DNA of 64,000 nt from Thermoproteota archaeon (GTDB lineage: Archaea; Korarchaeota; Korarchaeia; Korarchaeales; Korarchaeaceae). How positions within the stretch are numbered: the stretch's first letter is position 1; each line of letters begins with the position of its first letter. The notes beneath the pieces were generated by a model, which worked only from the letters and a program-made list of their open reading frames with translations, made no database searches and was not told the DNA's origin. Positions 37,993 to 47,654 of this stretch are shown here, piece by piece. The position numbers and the translations under genes are program-made. The stretch covers positions 1-64,000 of the forward strand of contig JAOZFN010000009.1 of assembly GCA_027492205.1 (NCBI GenBank), read 5' to 3'.

Positions 37993-40905
37993 GTGATCTA
38001 CTTCGCTGGCGAGGGGAGAGATGAGTTCAAGGATTGGCTCCGCTCGATAGAGGCCAAGTGGCAGAAGAGGTGGAGAGAGGCCAGGATCTTCGAGGCGGAC
38101 CCTGACCCCTCGCGACCAAAGTACTTCCTCACGGTACCGTACCCGTACACCTCGGGGCCGCTTCACATAGGCCACGGCAGGACCTACACCATCGGGGACG
38201 TGCACGCCCGCTACCTGAGGCACAAGGGCTACAACGTGCTCTGGCCGATGGCGTTCCACATCACCGGCACCCCCATAGAGGCCATCTCGGCCAGGATCAG
38301 GATGGGGGACGAGGAGTACATCAGACTCTACCGCTCCTACCTCAAGCTCTACGTGAAGGGCGAGGACGAGATCGACAGGCTCATTGAGAGGTTCAAGGAC
38401 CCGTGGGAGGTCATGAAGTTCTTCTCCAGCGTTATCAGCTCAGACTTCGACGCCCTCGGCTACTCCATCGACTGGAGGCGGAGGTTCACCACCGGAGACC
38501 CCGAGTACAACTCCTTCGTGTCCTGGCAGTTCATCAGGCTGAGGGAGAAGGGGTACATAGTCCAAGGGGGCCACCCAGTGCTCTACGACGTGATGGAGGA
38601 GCAGGCGGTCGGCGAGGACGACATACTCGGCGGCGACGAGATCAAGCCCGGGATTGTGGAGTTCACCGCCGTGAAGTTCGACGCCGGGGAGGGCAGGTAC
38701 CTAGTGGCGGCCACGCTGAGGCCGGAGACCCTGCCCGGCGTCACCAACGTCTGGGTGAACCCGGACGCAAGGTACGTGGAGCTCGAGGCCAAGGGAGAGC
38801 GGTGGATAGTCTCGGAGGAGGCAGAGGTCAAGCTCAGGCTCCAGCAGCACCCAGTGAAGAGGGTCGGGGAGCTCAGGGGAAGGGAGCTCGTCGGGCTCAG
38901 GGTCAGGGACCCGCTGGTGGGCAGGTCCGTCCCCGTGCTGCCCGGAACGTTCGTCGACCCGGACGAGGCCACCGGAGTGGTCTACAGCGTCCCGGCCCAC
39001 GCCCCCTACGACTACGCCGCCCTCATGGATGTCAAGGCGGACCCTGAGAGGTTCGGCGTCCCGAGAGAACTCGTGGAGGGCCTGCAGCCCATCCCCATAA
39101 TCAGGCTTCCGGGGTACGGCGAGCTGCCCGCCAAGGAGGCCTGCGAGCGACACGGGGTCCGGAGCCAGGAGGACAGGGAGGCCCTGGAGGCGGCCACGGA
39201 GGAGATCTACAAGAAGGAGTTCTACGAGGGCGTCATGACCGCCGGTCCCTTCGCCGGGCTCAAGGTGACGGAAGCCAAGGAGAGGACGAGGGAGTTCCTG
39301 TTCGGGCGGGGCCTGGGATTCACCTTCTACGAGGTGACTGCCCTCAAGAAGCCCGTCGTGAGCAGGTCGGGAGGGAAGGTCGTCGTCGCCGTGCTGCCAG
39401 ACCAGTGGTTCCTAGACTTCAACGCGCCCGGCTGGAAGGAGCGCGGCAGGGAGGCCCTCAAGGCAATGGCCATAGTCCCCGAGAAGTACAGGAAGCTGTT
39501 CGAGGACACGATAGAGTGGCTCGACAAGAGGCCCTGCGCCAGGAAGAGGGGCATAGGCACCAGGCTACCGTTCGACCCCCAGTGGATCATCGAGTCGCTC
39601 AGCGATTCCACGATCTACATGGCATTCTACACGGTCATCCACAGGATCAGGGCCCTCGGGATAGATCCCTCCAAGATGGGCGTCGAGTTCTGGGACTACG
39701 TGTTCTGGGGGAAGGGGGACCCGGACGAGCTGGCCCAGAGGGTGGAGGTCAGTCCTGAGGACCTCAAGGGCCTCAGGGAGGAGTTCGAGTACTGGTACCC
39801 GGTCGACCACAGGCACACCATGATCGCCCACATCACCAACCACCTGACGTTCTTCATCATGCACCACGCGGCCCTGTTCGACGAGAGGTACTGGCCCAAG
39901 AAGATCACCCTGAACGAGCCCGTCATCAGGGAGGGGACCAAGATGAGCAAGAGCAAGGGGAACGTGATACCGCTGGTGGAGATCCCGAAGGTGTACTCGG
40001 CCGACTGGTTCAGGCTCTACTCCGTCAGCGCCGCGGACCTGGCGACCGTGCTGGACTGGAGGGACAGGGACGTCCAGACCGTCGGCGGGAGGCTCAGGAG
40101 GTTCGTCGAGATATTCCGGATGGTGGCAGAGTCAGAGCCCAGCGGGGAGAGGGACGTCGGGGTGCTGGCGAGGTGGCTGGAGTCCAGGACGGCCTCCATG
40201 CTCCGGCAGGTCGACGAGATGCTGGCCAACCACAGGTACAGGGACGCCGCGATCCGGGCCTTCTTCGACCATCTCAGAGACGTGGAGATCTACCTGAGGT
40301 ACGGCGGGCGGGACTTTGGCCTGCTGAGGAAGATCTTCCGGAGCTGGGCCGTTGCCCTGGAGCCGTTCATCCCTCACCTCGCCGAGGAGGTCTGGGAGCG
40401 GCTGGGAGGGGAGGGGTTCGTCTCCCTCGCGCCGTGGCCGGAGCCCGAGGAGGGGGCCGTGAGGCCGGAACTCGAGGAGGCCTTCAGGGTGGTCGAGAGG
40501 ACCATAGAGGACGTCAACAAGATACTGCGGACGGTGAGGGAGAGGAAGGAGAGGCTGTTCATCTACCTAGCCCCGGACTGGAAGTACGAGATTATCTCGA
40601 GGCTGGAGGCGGAACTCAAGCCCCCCATCAGCCAGAAAGATGCCTTCAGAGTCGCGTCTGAGTTCCTCAGAGCCCACGGGAAGGAGGCCCAGCACCTGAT
40701 CAGGGAGTTCGTGGGCGAGCAGGGCGCCATAAGGCACTCCACCCCCGAGGCCGAGAGGGAGATGTTCTCGGCCCTTGTGGACATGATCAAGGACAGGACC
40801 GGCGTAAGGGAGGTCGTCATAGCCCTGCCGGGAGAGGGAGTCCCAGACCCGATGGGCAAGGCCAAGCTGGCGATTCCGGGCAGGCCGGCGCTCTACCTAG
40901 AGTAG
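37993..40905 (+). CDS. leuS: Leucyl-tRNA synthetase (archaeal type)
   Basis: PYPYTSGPLHIGH, ATLRPET, SVPAHAP, IESLSDSTIY, KMSKSKGN. Confidence 0.96.
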   Translation: MIYFAGEGRDEFKDWLRSIEAKWQKRWREARIFEADPDPSRPKYFLTVPYPYTSGPLHIGHGRTYTIGDVHARYLRHKGYNVLWPMAFHITGTPIEAISARIRMGDEEYIRLYRSYLKLYVKGEDEIDRLIERFKDPWEVMKFFSSVISSDFDALGYSIDWRRRFTTGDPEYNSFVSWQFIRLREKGYIVQGGHPVLYDVMEEQAVGEDDILGGDEIKPGIVEFTAVKFDAGEGRYLVAATLRPETLPGVTNVWVNPDARYVELEAKGERWIVSEEAEVKLRLQQHPVKRVGELRGRELVGLRVRDPLVGRSVPVLPGTFVDPDEATGVVYSVPAHAPYDYAALMDVKADPERFGVPRELVEGLQPIPIIRLPGYGELPAKEACERHGVRSQEDREALEAATEEIYKKEFYEGVMTAGPFAGLKVTEAKERTREFLFGRGLGFTFYEVTALKKPVVSRSGGKVVVAVLPDQWFLDFNAPGWKERGREALKAMAIVPEKYRKLFEDTIEWLDKRPCARKRGIGTRLPFDPQWIIESLSDSTIYMAFYTVIHRIRALGIDPSKMGVEFWDYVFWGKGDPDELAQRVEVSPEDLKGLREEFEYWYPVDHRHTMIAHITNHLTFFIMHHAALFDERYWPKKITLNEPVIREGTKMSKSKGNVIPLVEIPKVYSADWFRLYSVSAADLATVLDWRDRDVQTVGGRLRRFVEIFRMVAESEPSGERDVGVLARWLESRTASMLRQVDEMLANHRYRDAAIRAFFDHLRDVEIYLRYGGRDFGLLRKIFRSWAVALEPFIPHLAEEVWERLGGEGFVSLAPWPEPEEGAVRPELEEAFRVVERTIEDVNKILRTVRERKERLFIYLAPDWKYEIISRLEAELKPPISQKDAFRVASEFLRAHGKEAQHLIREFVGEQGAIRHSTPEAEREMFSALVDMIKDRTGVREVVIALPGEGVPDPMGKAKLAIPGRPALYLE

Positions 40906-40940
40906 TTTGCCTCCACCGCACACTTTTTATTTCACCCTTT

Positions 40941-40962
40941 GTTATACGTTATACCGATATAC
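40941..40962 (+). promoter_or_regulatory. Tandem heptamers GTTATAC-GTTATAC-c-GATATAC, candidate operator
   Basis: Located just downstream of TTTTTAT (40924-40930) and upstream of the HTH gene start. Confidence 0.45.
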
Positions 40963-40980
40963 CGCGGCGTGGGGAGGGCC

Positions 40981-41505
40981 TTGTCGTCGCGCCAGCCTGA
41001 TGACGCAGAGGACCCCAGGGAGCAGAGCGGACTGCTCGAGAGGCTGATGAAGATCGAGCGTGAGATCAGGGCCGTTGAGAAGAGGTTGGCGACGATAGAG
41101 AAGCTGTTGGAGGGGGATCCCGAGGCGAGGGCCATAGTCCTCCTGTACATGAAGATCGTGGGTCTCCACAGGGCGAGCGTGGACAGGATCGCCACGGCCC
41201 TTCAGGCTCAGAGGGCCCTGACTCAGGCCGGCGTGATAGACGACATAGCGAGGGATGTGATAGAGGCCCTGGCCGTGAGGGGGCCTATGAACATTTCGGA
41301 ACTCACGAGAGAACTCAGAAAGGTGAGAGGATCGGCCTCGAGGAGGATAATCGCCCAGAGGCTCAGAATGCTGGAGAACTTGGGCGTAGTGAGGAGGGTT
41401 CCAGGCGGCAAGGGCAGGAGGTACGAGCTGTCGGGCGCGCTCACGGGTGGGCAGGAAGGATATAGCAATGATCCAAACGGTGATAGCGCAGGTGATTGGG
41501 AGTGA
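40981..41505 (+). CDS. Coiled-coil plus winged-HTH regulator
   Basis: GPMNISELTRELR..SASRRIIAQRLRMLENLGVV; TTG start after GGGAGG. Confidence 0.78.
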   Translation: MSSRQPDDAEDPREQSGLLERLMKIEREIRAVEKRLATIEKLLEGDPEARAIVLLYMKIVGLHRASVDRIATALQAQRALTQAGVIDDIARDVIEALAVRGPMNISELTRELRKVRGSASRRIIAQRLRMLENLGVVRRVPGGKGRRYELSGALTGGQEGYSNDPNGDSAGDWE

Positions 41506-41846
41506 TAGATGTGGACTGGGAGGAGGACGGGGGGAGCGACGTTGAGGAGCTGAGGGAGGTCCTCTCTGCCGTTTCCGAGTTCCTCGACAAGCTGCCCGAG
41601 CTCGTGAAGAAGGTGCTCGACGCCCTATACTCCAAGGATCTCGGGGAGAGGGTGGGGGACAGCGTGGCCACCTTCTACAGGAAGCTCAGGGAGTCTGGGA
41701 TGCCCGAGGACATGGTGAACAAGATGACGATGGAGTTCTTCGACAGGAGCATGATCGTCGACCGCCTGGTGAGGGAGATTGTAGGGTCCATCAGAAAGGA
41801 GCTCGCCGAGGAGAAAGAGAGCGAGGATGAGGAAGAGGAGATATGA
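41496..41846 (+). CDS. Hypothetical acidic helical protein
   Basis: Overlaps both neighbours; FYRKLRESGMPE motif. Confidence 0.65.
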   Translation: MGVIDVDWEEDGGSDVEELREVLSAVSEFLDKLPELVKKVLDALYSKDLGERVGDSVATFYRKLRESGMPEDMVNKMTMEFFDRSMIVDRLVREIVGSIRKELAEEKESEDEEEEI

Positions 41847-42151
41847 GTAGGGGCTCCGGCCTGAGGGTGGCGTCGAGGGTTCTGCTGTTCCTGGCTGGAG
41901 CACTGGCCGTGATCGCGGTCTACGCCCCCCTGCTCGCCCTCGGCACAGCGTGGCGCTACAGGAGAATGAGGTCTGGGTTCAGCCGCAGACTCAAGCGAGC
42001 CGGACTTCCGGCCGAGTTGAGGAGCCAGCTGTCCTCTCGCTTTGGGGAGGCAACCTCCCCCACCGGCCTGATGGACGCCCTGTCCGAGGGGCTCTCACGG
42101 GGGGCGCGCTTTTACAAGTGGCCCGGATTTGGACCTCGGGGTAGGGAATGA
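41843..42151 (+). CDS. Hypothetical membrane protein
   Basis: N-terminal TM, FSRRLKRAGLP; ATGA overlaps. Confidence 0.6.
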   Translation: MSRGSGLRVASRVLLFLAGALAVIAVYAPLLALGTAWRYRRMRSGFSRRLKRAGLPAELRSQLSSRFGEATSPTGLMDALSEGLSRGARFYKWPGFGPRGRE

Positions 42152-42876
42152 CTGCGGTCGTGAAGGAATGGGGACCGCGCCAGAGCAACCCCGTGGTGCT
42201 GCTCGGAATTCCGGGGCCTGGGCTCGTCGGGATCATAGCCGCTGACTACCTGATTGAGAAGCTGGGACTCCAGGAGAGCGGGGTGGTGGAAGTGCCCGCG
42301 CTCCCCTCGGTGGCCGCCGTGAGAGACGGCGTCCTCGTCCCCCCAGTCCGGGTGTACTCCGGGGGCGGCGTCTACGTCGTGAAGTCCGACGTGCCCCTCC
42401 TGCCAGACGCCTTCGTGGCGGTCGTGGAGGGAGTGATGAACTGGGCCATGGAGAAGAGGCCGAGGATGGCCGTGTTCATCGGGGGCGTTCCGGAGCAGTC
42501 CAGGATGGACATACAGAAGCCGGAGGTATTCGTGGTGTTCAACGGCCAGGACGCCAGCCGTGCGGCGGGGGACGTCAAGGCCACGAGGCTGGGGGACGGG
42601 CTCCTGTCGGGCTACCCGGTGGTCTTCCTGTGGGCGGCCAAGAGGAGGGGAATACCGGCGATGGCGCTGATGGTGCAGTCCTTCATGAAGTACCCAGACC
42701 CGGGGGCCGCCGCCGAGGCGATCAGGTCCATGGAGCCCTTCGTTGGTGAGATCGACCTTGGAGAGCTTGAGGCCAGGTCAGAGGCCATCAGGCTCAAGCT
42801 CAAGGACCTTATGGAGCAGACTAGCCAGGTGATGGCTCAGGGGGAGGAGGCGAAGGCCGTCCCGTACATCGCGTGA
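42148..42876 (+). CDS. PAC2 proteasome assembly chaperone family protein
   Basis: GIPGPGLVGIIAADYL, PPVRVY, YPDPGAAA. Confidence 0.88.
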   Translation: MTAVVKEWGPRQSNPVVLLGIPGPGLVGIIAADYLIEKLGLQESGVVEVPALPSVAAVRDGVLVPPVRVYSGGGVYVVKSDVPLLPDAFVAVVEGVMNWAMEKRPRMAVFIGGVPEQSRMDIQKPEVFVVFNGQDASRAAGDVKATRLGDGLLSGYPVVFLWAAKRRGIPAMALMVQSFMKYPDPGAAAEAIRSMEPFVGEIDLGELEARSEAIRLKLKDLMEQTSQVMAQGEEAKAVPYIA

Positions 42877-43226
42877 GGGGGGTGGTGGGAGTGGGGTGGT
42901 ACTACAGGGAGGTTAGGTGGGCCGTCTACTCCGTTAGGGGTCCAGTCGAGCCCATATCGGACGTGTTCGTTGAGAGGGACAGGGTGAAGGTCGTCGTGGA
43001 CCTGCCGGGGACGAGGAAGGAGGACGTCAACCTGCTGGTCAGGGAAGACGCCGTCTTCCTGGAGGCCAGGGCCAACGTCGGGGGGAATCCGGTGACGTAC
43101 AGGAAGCTCATCAGGCTGCCCGTCGAGGTCGACCCCGAGGGGGCCAGGGCGACCATGAGGTCCGGCATGCTCGTCGTCGAGGCCCCCATCAAGAGGCCCC
43201 AGTTCAGGAGGATAGGTGTAGAGTGA
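42873..43226 (+). CDS. Small heat-shock protein (Hsp20)
   Basis: EPISDV, VDLPG, LPVEVD, SGMLVV alpha-crystallin motifs. Confidence 0.85.
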   Translation: MRGVVGVGWYYREVRWAVYSVRGPVEPISDVFVERDRVKVVVDLPGTRKEDVNLLVREDAVFLEARANVGGNPVTYRKLIRLPVEVDPEGARATMRSGMLVVEAPIKRPQFRRIGVE

Positions 43227-43227
43227 T

Positions 43228-45012
43228 ATGCCCGACGAGCGGGACCTGCCCTTCGGCGTCCTCGCCGAGTGCTACTACAGGCTGGAGTCGACGTCCGGCC
43301 GACTGGACATGATATCCCTCCTGAGGGATCTCCTTAGCAGGACCCCCCCCGACGTCATAGACAAGGTCGTCTACCTGACGCTGGGTCGGGTTGCCCCGGA
43401 GTTCGTCGACCTTGAGCTGGGGATAGGGGAGAAGCTGGCCCTCAGGGCCATCGCCATGGCCAGCGGCATGGCGGAGAGCAAGGTGGAGGCCAAGTACAAG
43501 GAGCTGGGCGACATCGGCCTAGTCGCGGAGTGGGCGATCCAGAACAGGAGCGTCCTGGCGTTTCTCAAGGAGGAGCTCACCGTCAACAGGGTCTTCAATG
43601 CCCTCGTCAAGATAGCCAAGACGTCCGGCCCGAGTTCTCAAGACATCAAGCTGAAGACCCTCTCAGGCCTTCTGGCGGATGCGGAGCCCCTGGAGGCAAG
43701 GTACATCATGAGAATCATAACGGAGAAGCTCAGGCTGGGCGTCAGGGACATGACGATCCTGGACGCGCTGGCAGAAGCCTTCCTAGGAGGCAGGCAGAGG
43801 AGGGAGATGCTCGAGAGGAAGTACAACACCTACCCCGACATCGGGAGGATAGCAAGGGTGCTCGCCGAGAAGGGCGAGGCTGGCCTGGAGGAGATAAAGG
43901 TCTCCCTAGGGGTCCCGATAAGGCCCATGCTCGCCCAGAGGCTCAGAGAGGCGTCGGAGATCCTCGAGAAGATGGGCAGCAGGTTCCTCGCGGAGATGAA
44001 GTACGACGGGGAGAGGATGCAGGTACACGTGTGGCCGGACGGGCGCGTGGAGATATTCTCCAGGAGGCTGGAGAACATCACCCACCCGTATCCGGACGTG
44101 AGGGAGGGCGTTCGAGAGGCCTTCAAGGGAGAGAGCGCGATACTAGATGGAGAGGGGGTGGCCTTCAACCCCGATACCGGCGAGCTGTACCCGTTCCAGG
44201 AGCTGATGCACCGCAGGCGGAAGTACGGCGTGGAGGAGATGATGGAGAAGTACCCGGTCGTGCTCTTCCTGTTCGATCTGCTCTACCTCAATGGCGAGGA
44301 GCTGATCGACAGGCCGCTGGAGGAGAGGCGGAGGCTTCTAGAGCACGTGATCGAGGAGAGCGACCGGATAAAGCTGGCCGAGGGCTGGCTCCAGGAGTGG
44401 ACCACCGAGGAGCTGGAGAAGAGGCTAGAGCTGGCCGTGGAGAGGGGCACCGAGGGGCTGATGATCAAGGACCCGGCCTCCAGGTACCAGGCGGGCGTCA
44501 GGGGCTGGAGCTGGGTGAAGTACAAGAGGAGCTACGTCAGCAAGATGGTCGAGCCCGTCGACCTGGTGGCGGTGGGCGGGTTCTGGGGGAGGGGGAAGAG
44601 GGCGGGAACCTACGGGGCCCTGCTCCTGGCGGTATACGACCCGGGGACCGACACGTTCAAGACCGTCTGCAAGATGGGCACCGGCTTCACCGACGAGCAG
44701 CTCGCCCAGCTCCCGGAGATCTTCAAGGAGTACGTGATAGAGCACAGGCACCCCAGCGTGGTCAGCAACATAGAGGCCGACGTCTGGTTCGTCCCGGCCA
44801 AGGTCCTGGAGGTCATAGGAGACGAGATCACGCTGAGCCCGGTGCACACCTGCGCCTGGGGGAAGGTGAAACCCGACGCCGGCCTGGCAATCAGGTTCCC
44901 GAGGTTCACCGGCAGGTGGAGAGACGACAAGTCGCCTCAAGACGCGACCACCGAGCAGGAGATAGTTGAGATGTACAGAGAGCAGCTAAGAATTATTTCA
45001 GAAAAGCGTTGA
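43228..45012 (+). CDS. lig: ATP-dependent DNA ligase
   Basis: PMLA, KYDGERMQ, DGEG, FDLLY, EGLMIK, WVKYK, IRFPRF. Confidence 0.96.
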   Translation: MPDERDLPFGVLAECYYRLESTSGRLDMISLLRDLLSRTPPDVIDKVVYLTLGRVAPEFVDLELGIGEKLALRAIAMASGMAESKVEAKYKELGDIGLVAEWAIQNRSVLAFLKEELTVNRVFNALVKIAKTSGPSSQDIKLKTLSGLLADAEPLEARYIMRIITEKLRLGVRDMTILDALAEAFLGGRQRREMLERKYNTYPDIGRIARVLAEKGEAGLEEIKVSLGVPIRPMLAQRLREASEILEKMGSRFLAEMKYDGERMQVHVWPDGRVEIFSRRLENITHPYPDVREGVREAFKGESAILDGEGVAFNPDTGELYPFQELMHRRRKYGVEEMMEKYPVVLFLFDLLYLNGEELIDRPLEERRRLLEHVIEESDRIKLAEGWLQEWTTEELEKRLELAVERGTEGLMIKDPASRYQAGVRGWSWVKYKRSYVSKMVEPVDLVAVGGFWGRGKRAGTYGALLLAVYDPGTDTFKTVCKMGTGFTDEQLAQLPEIFKEYVIEHRHPSVVSNIEADVWFVPAKVLEVIGDEITLSPVHTCAWGKVKPDAGLAIRFPRFTGRWRDDKSPQDATTEQEIVEMYREQLRIISEKR

Positions 45013-45020
45013 TTTTTTTT
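45013..45020 (+). terminator. Oligo-T terminator after lig
   Basis: T8 immediately after the stop codon. Confidence 0.6.
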
Positions 45021-45358
45021 ATCATAATTATGGGAAGAGGGCATGTTGCTGGGAAGACCAGCACAAATTAAGCCTTGCGAAGGGCAATACCTTCGACAAC
45101 AGGAACTCCACGCCTCGGTCACCTGCCCCCAGGCCATCCCCATGTCTCTCCGGCCTGTGCCTGGCCCTCCCCACCTTCTCCACGACCTTGACGTAGAAGG
45201 CCTCCACCTCCTCCGGAGTGAACTCGACCGCCAAGCCCCGAGGCCCTCCCGCGCCTGCCGGTAACCTTCGACATCTGCTGACGGCCTGCTTACAACGCAA
45301 GTCGGTAACGCACCGGGCCCTCATCCTTTTATGGTGGTGCCGCAGAGATCAATCAGGC

Positions 45359-45577
45359 ATGCCTGCCAAGGCAAAGGTGAGGCCCAACATCAGGGTGAGC
45401 TACGAGGGCAACCCGGAGGAGGACGACCTCACCCCAGAGGAGGTCGAGTCCCTCAAGGAGGCAATAATGGATGTCCTCATGGGCAGGACGATGAGCTTCA
45501 ACGAGCTTCTAGACGAGCTGGTGAGAGAGGGGAAGCTCACCGAGGAGGAGGCGGAGGAACTCAGGGAGCCCGAATAG
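45359..45577 (+). CDS. Small acidic protein, putative antitoxin
   Basis: LTPEEVESLKEAIMDVLMGRTMSFNEL resembles archaeal RelB-like antitoxin C-termini; adjacent to the RelE-like gene. Confidence 0.6.
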   Translation: MPAKAKVRPNIRVSYEGNPEEDDLTPEEVESLKEAIMDVLMGRTMSFNELLDELVREGKLTEEEAEELREPE

Positions 45578-45787
45578 GATCGAGGGGATCCTGAACCCCA
45601 TTCCCCTGAACCCCCTCCTTCTGTGCCAGACGTCCGGGAGGTAGATGACCTTTTCCTCCCAACCGATCGCGTAGAAGACCCTGTAGGCCCTCCTGGGGCC
45701 GACCTTCAGCTCCCAGATCGGGGCCTCGACCCGACCCATGGGGGTATCCACGGGGAAGGAGCCCCTCAGCCTCTTCCCCGTCGTGGG
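45509..45787 (-). pseudogene. RelE/ParE toxin, 3' part (interrupted by IS607)
   Basis: PTTGKRLRG..WELKVG..YRVFYAI....VIYL..VWHRR. Confidence 0.75.
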
Positions 45788-45848
45788 CTGCTACATGAAA
45801 TAAGACAAACAGCGCATTTATATTCGAGTGAGTTGTATGTAAAAGTGA

Positions 45849-46457
45849 ATGAAACACCTCTACCGCATCGGCCAGGCCGCAAAGCTGCTGGGCGTCAGCA
45901 CCACCACGCTCAGGCGCTGGATCTACGCTGGCAAGGTCAAGGCAGTCAGGACGCAGGGAGGTCACTTCAGGATACCCGAATCGGAGGTCAAGAGGCTGCT
46001 GGGCGGCGCGGAGGAAGTCAGGGCCGCGATATACGCCAGGGTGAGCAGCAGGGATCAGCTAGATGACTTGGATAGGCAGGTGGAGAGGCTCCAGGACTAC
46101 TGCTCCGCCAGGGGATACAGGGTGGTGGCCACGATAACGGATGTCGCCTCTGGCCTCAACGAAAACAGGAGAGGGCTGAACAGGCTCTTCAAGCTTGTGG
46201 TGAGTGGGGAGGTGGATGCGGTGGTCATCGCATACAGAGACAGGCTGACCAGGTTCGGCTTCCGCTACCTGGAGAGGCTGTTTCGCGGGTATGGCGCCAG
46301 GATAGATGTGGTGCTGGGAGAAACTCCCAGAGACGCCAGGCAGGAGCTTGTGGAAGATCTGATATCGATTGTCACATCATTCGCTGGCAGGCTCTATGAG
46401 ATGAGGAGCAGGAGGGCCAGGGAGGTGGCCAAGGCTGTCCGAGAGCTGTTCAGTTAG
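45849..46457 (+). CDS. tnpA: IS607 serine transposase (MerR-like HTH plus resolvase domain)
   Basis: AAKLLGVSTTTLRRW, IYARVSS, DVASG, RDRLTRFGF, ELVEDL. Confidence 0.94.
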   Translation: MKHLYRIGQAAKLLGVSTTTLRRWIYAGKVKAVRTQGGHFRIPESEVKRLLGGAEEVRAAIYARVSSRDQLDDLDRQVERLQDYCSARGYRVVATITDVASGLNENRRGLNRLFKLVVSGEVDAVVIAYRDRLTRFGFRYLERLFRGYGARIDVVLGETPRDARQELVEDLISIVTSFAGRLYEMRSRRAREVAKAVRELFS

Positions 46458-47613
46458 GCTGACGGCGAACTTCAAACTCGACGGCCCTACGGAGCGGCTG
46501 GAGCCGCTGTTCTCCACCTACAAAGATCTGGTGCGGGAACTCCTGGACCACGCCGTAAAACGCAACGTGACCAGCTTCAAGAGACTGAAGTCAGAGAAGT
46601 ATCGCGAGTTGCGGGCAAAGTATCCAGATCTGCCCTCTCACTACGTTTACACGGCCTGTCAGATGGCTGCCAGCATCTACAGGTCCTTCAGGAAGCACAA
46701 GAGGCGAGGGAAAGTCAGGAAGGAGAGACCGAGATTCAGGGGCTCGGTGCTGATGCTGGACGACCACCTGTTCAGGCTAGATCTGGAGAGGTGGGAGGCG
46801 CGGATCTCAACTCCCAGGGGGAGGCTGGCATTCAGGCTGATGCACGGAGACTACCACGAGAGGTTCAAGAGCGCCAAGGTAGGCCAGGCCTGGATAGTTC
46901 GCAGGGGCGATGAATACTACCTCAAGGCGGTCTTCCGGTTTGACGTGGAGCTAAGGGAACTGGATGGCTGCATCTTGGGCGTGGATGTCAACGAGAACAA
47001 CGTCACCGTGGCCTGGGACTCTGGGGCCGAGCGTGTGAAGACGGGAGAGCGCTCGATAAGGACGGCCTACTTCCTCAAGCGCAGGCGCATACAGTCCGCC
47101 CTAAAGGCTGGGGAGACGAGGGAGAGGCTCCTTGTCAAATACCGCGAGCGGGAGCGCAACCGCATAGCCGACCTCTACCACAAGTTGGCGCTTCAGATAG
47201 TCGAGAGAGCAATCGAGATCGGAGCCTCTGTGGTTGCGATGGAGGATCTAAAAGGAATCAGGAGAAGGATTCGCTACTCCCGGGCAATGAACGGGAGGCT
47301 GCACAGGTGGAGCTTCCGCAGGTTTCAGCAGATACTTGAGTACAAGGCCAGGCTTGCGGGGTTAAATGTCATATACGTGAACCCGAGGGGCACGTCCAGG
47401 CGGTGCCCGATATGTGGGGGCAAGCTGAGCCCGAATGGGCACCGCAGGCTCAAGTGCCCCAGATGTGGATTCGAGGGCGACCGAGACGTCGTGGGAGCCC
47501 TCAACGTGATGAAGAGGGCACGCGAGATGTGGGGAGCATCCGTTCCCCCCGAAGGCCCCCGTGTGAAGCCCCTGGCGGCGGACGGGGGAAGGCCCTCGCA
47601 TCATTTGATCTGA
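46435..47613 (+). CDS. tnpB: RNA-guided endonuclease TnpB (probable CTG start at 46435)
   Basis: RuvC GVDVN, MEDL, DRDVVGALN; CxxC..CxxC zinc finger. Confidence 0.92.
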   Translation: MSESCSVRLTANFKLDGPTERLEPLFSTYKDLVRELLDHAVKRNVTSFKRLKSEKYRELRAKYPDLPSHYVYTACQMAASIYRSFRKHKRRGKVRKERPRFRGSVLMLDDHLFRLDLERWEARISTPRGRLAFRLMHGDYHERFKSAKVGQAWIVRRGDEYYLKAVFRFDVELRELDGCILGVDVNENNVTVAWDSGAERVKTGERSIRTAYFLKRRRIQSALKAGETRERLLVKYRERERNRIADLYHKLALQIVERAIEIGASVVAMEDLKGIRRRIRYSRAMNGRLHRWSFRRFQQILEYKARLAGLNVIYVNPRGTSRRCPICGGKLSPNGHRRLKCPRCGFEGDRDVVGALNVMKRAREMWGASVPPEGPRVKPLAADGGRPSHHLI

Positions 47614-47654
47614 ATGTATGCAAGGGTTAGAACGGTCCCGCTCGAGTCCAGACT
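47500..47654 (+). ncRNA. Predicted TnpB omega-RNA (right-end scaffold plus flank-derived guide); limits approximate
   Basis: Inferred from the known TnpB architecture; GC-rich hairpins at 47530-47600. Confidence 0.4.

Larger units (their letters stand above)
45788..47634 (+). mobile_element. IS607-family insertion sequence (tnpA+tnpB); ends +/-1 nt
   Basis: Serine transposase plus TnpB; ends defined by the split toxin gene; G-run junctions; no target duplication or terminal inverted repeats. Confidence 0.9.

Noticed and set aside
43530-44969. Long alternative-frame and antisense ORFs (also 28647-29954, 59374-60684 and the upstream part of 5146-6516)
   Set aside because: Shadow ORFs of high-GC genes with biased composition and no motifs
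45788-45848. Group I intron (IStron) at the IS607 left end
   Set aside because: Only about 60 bp precede tnpA, leaving no room for a ribozyme; the element is also antisense to the host gene
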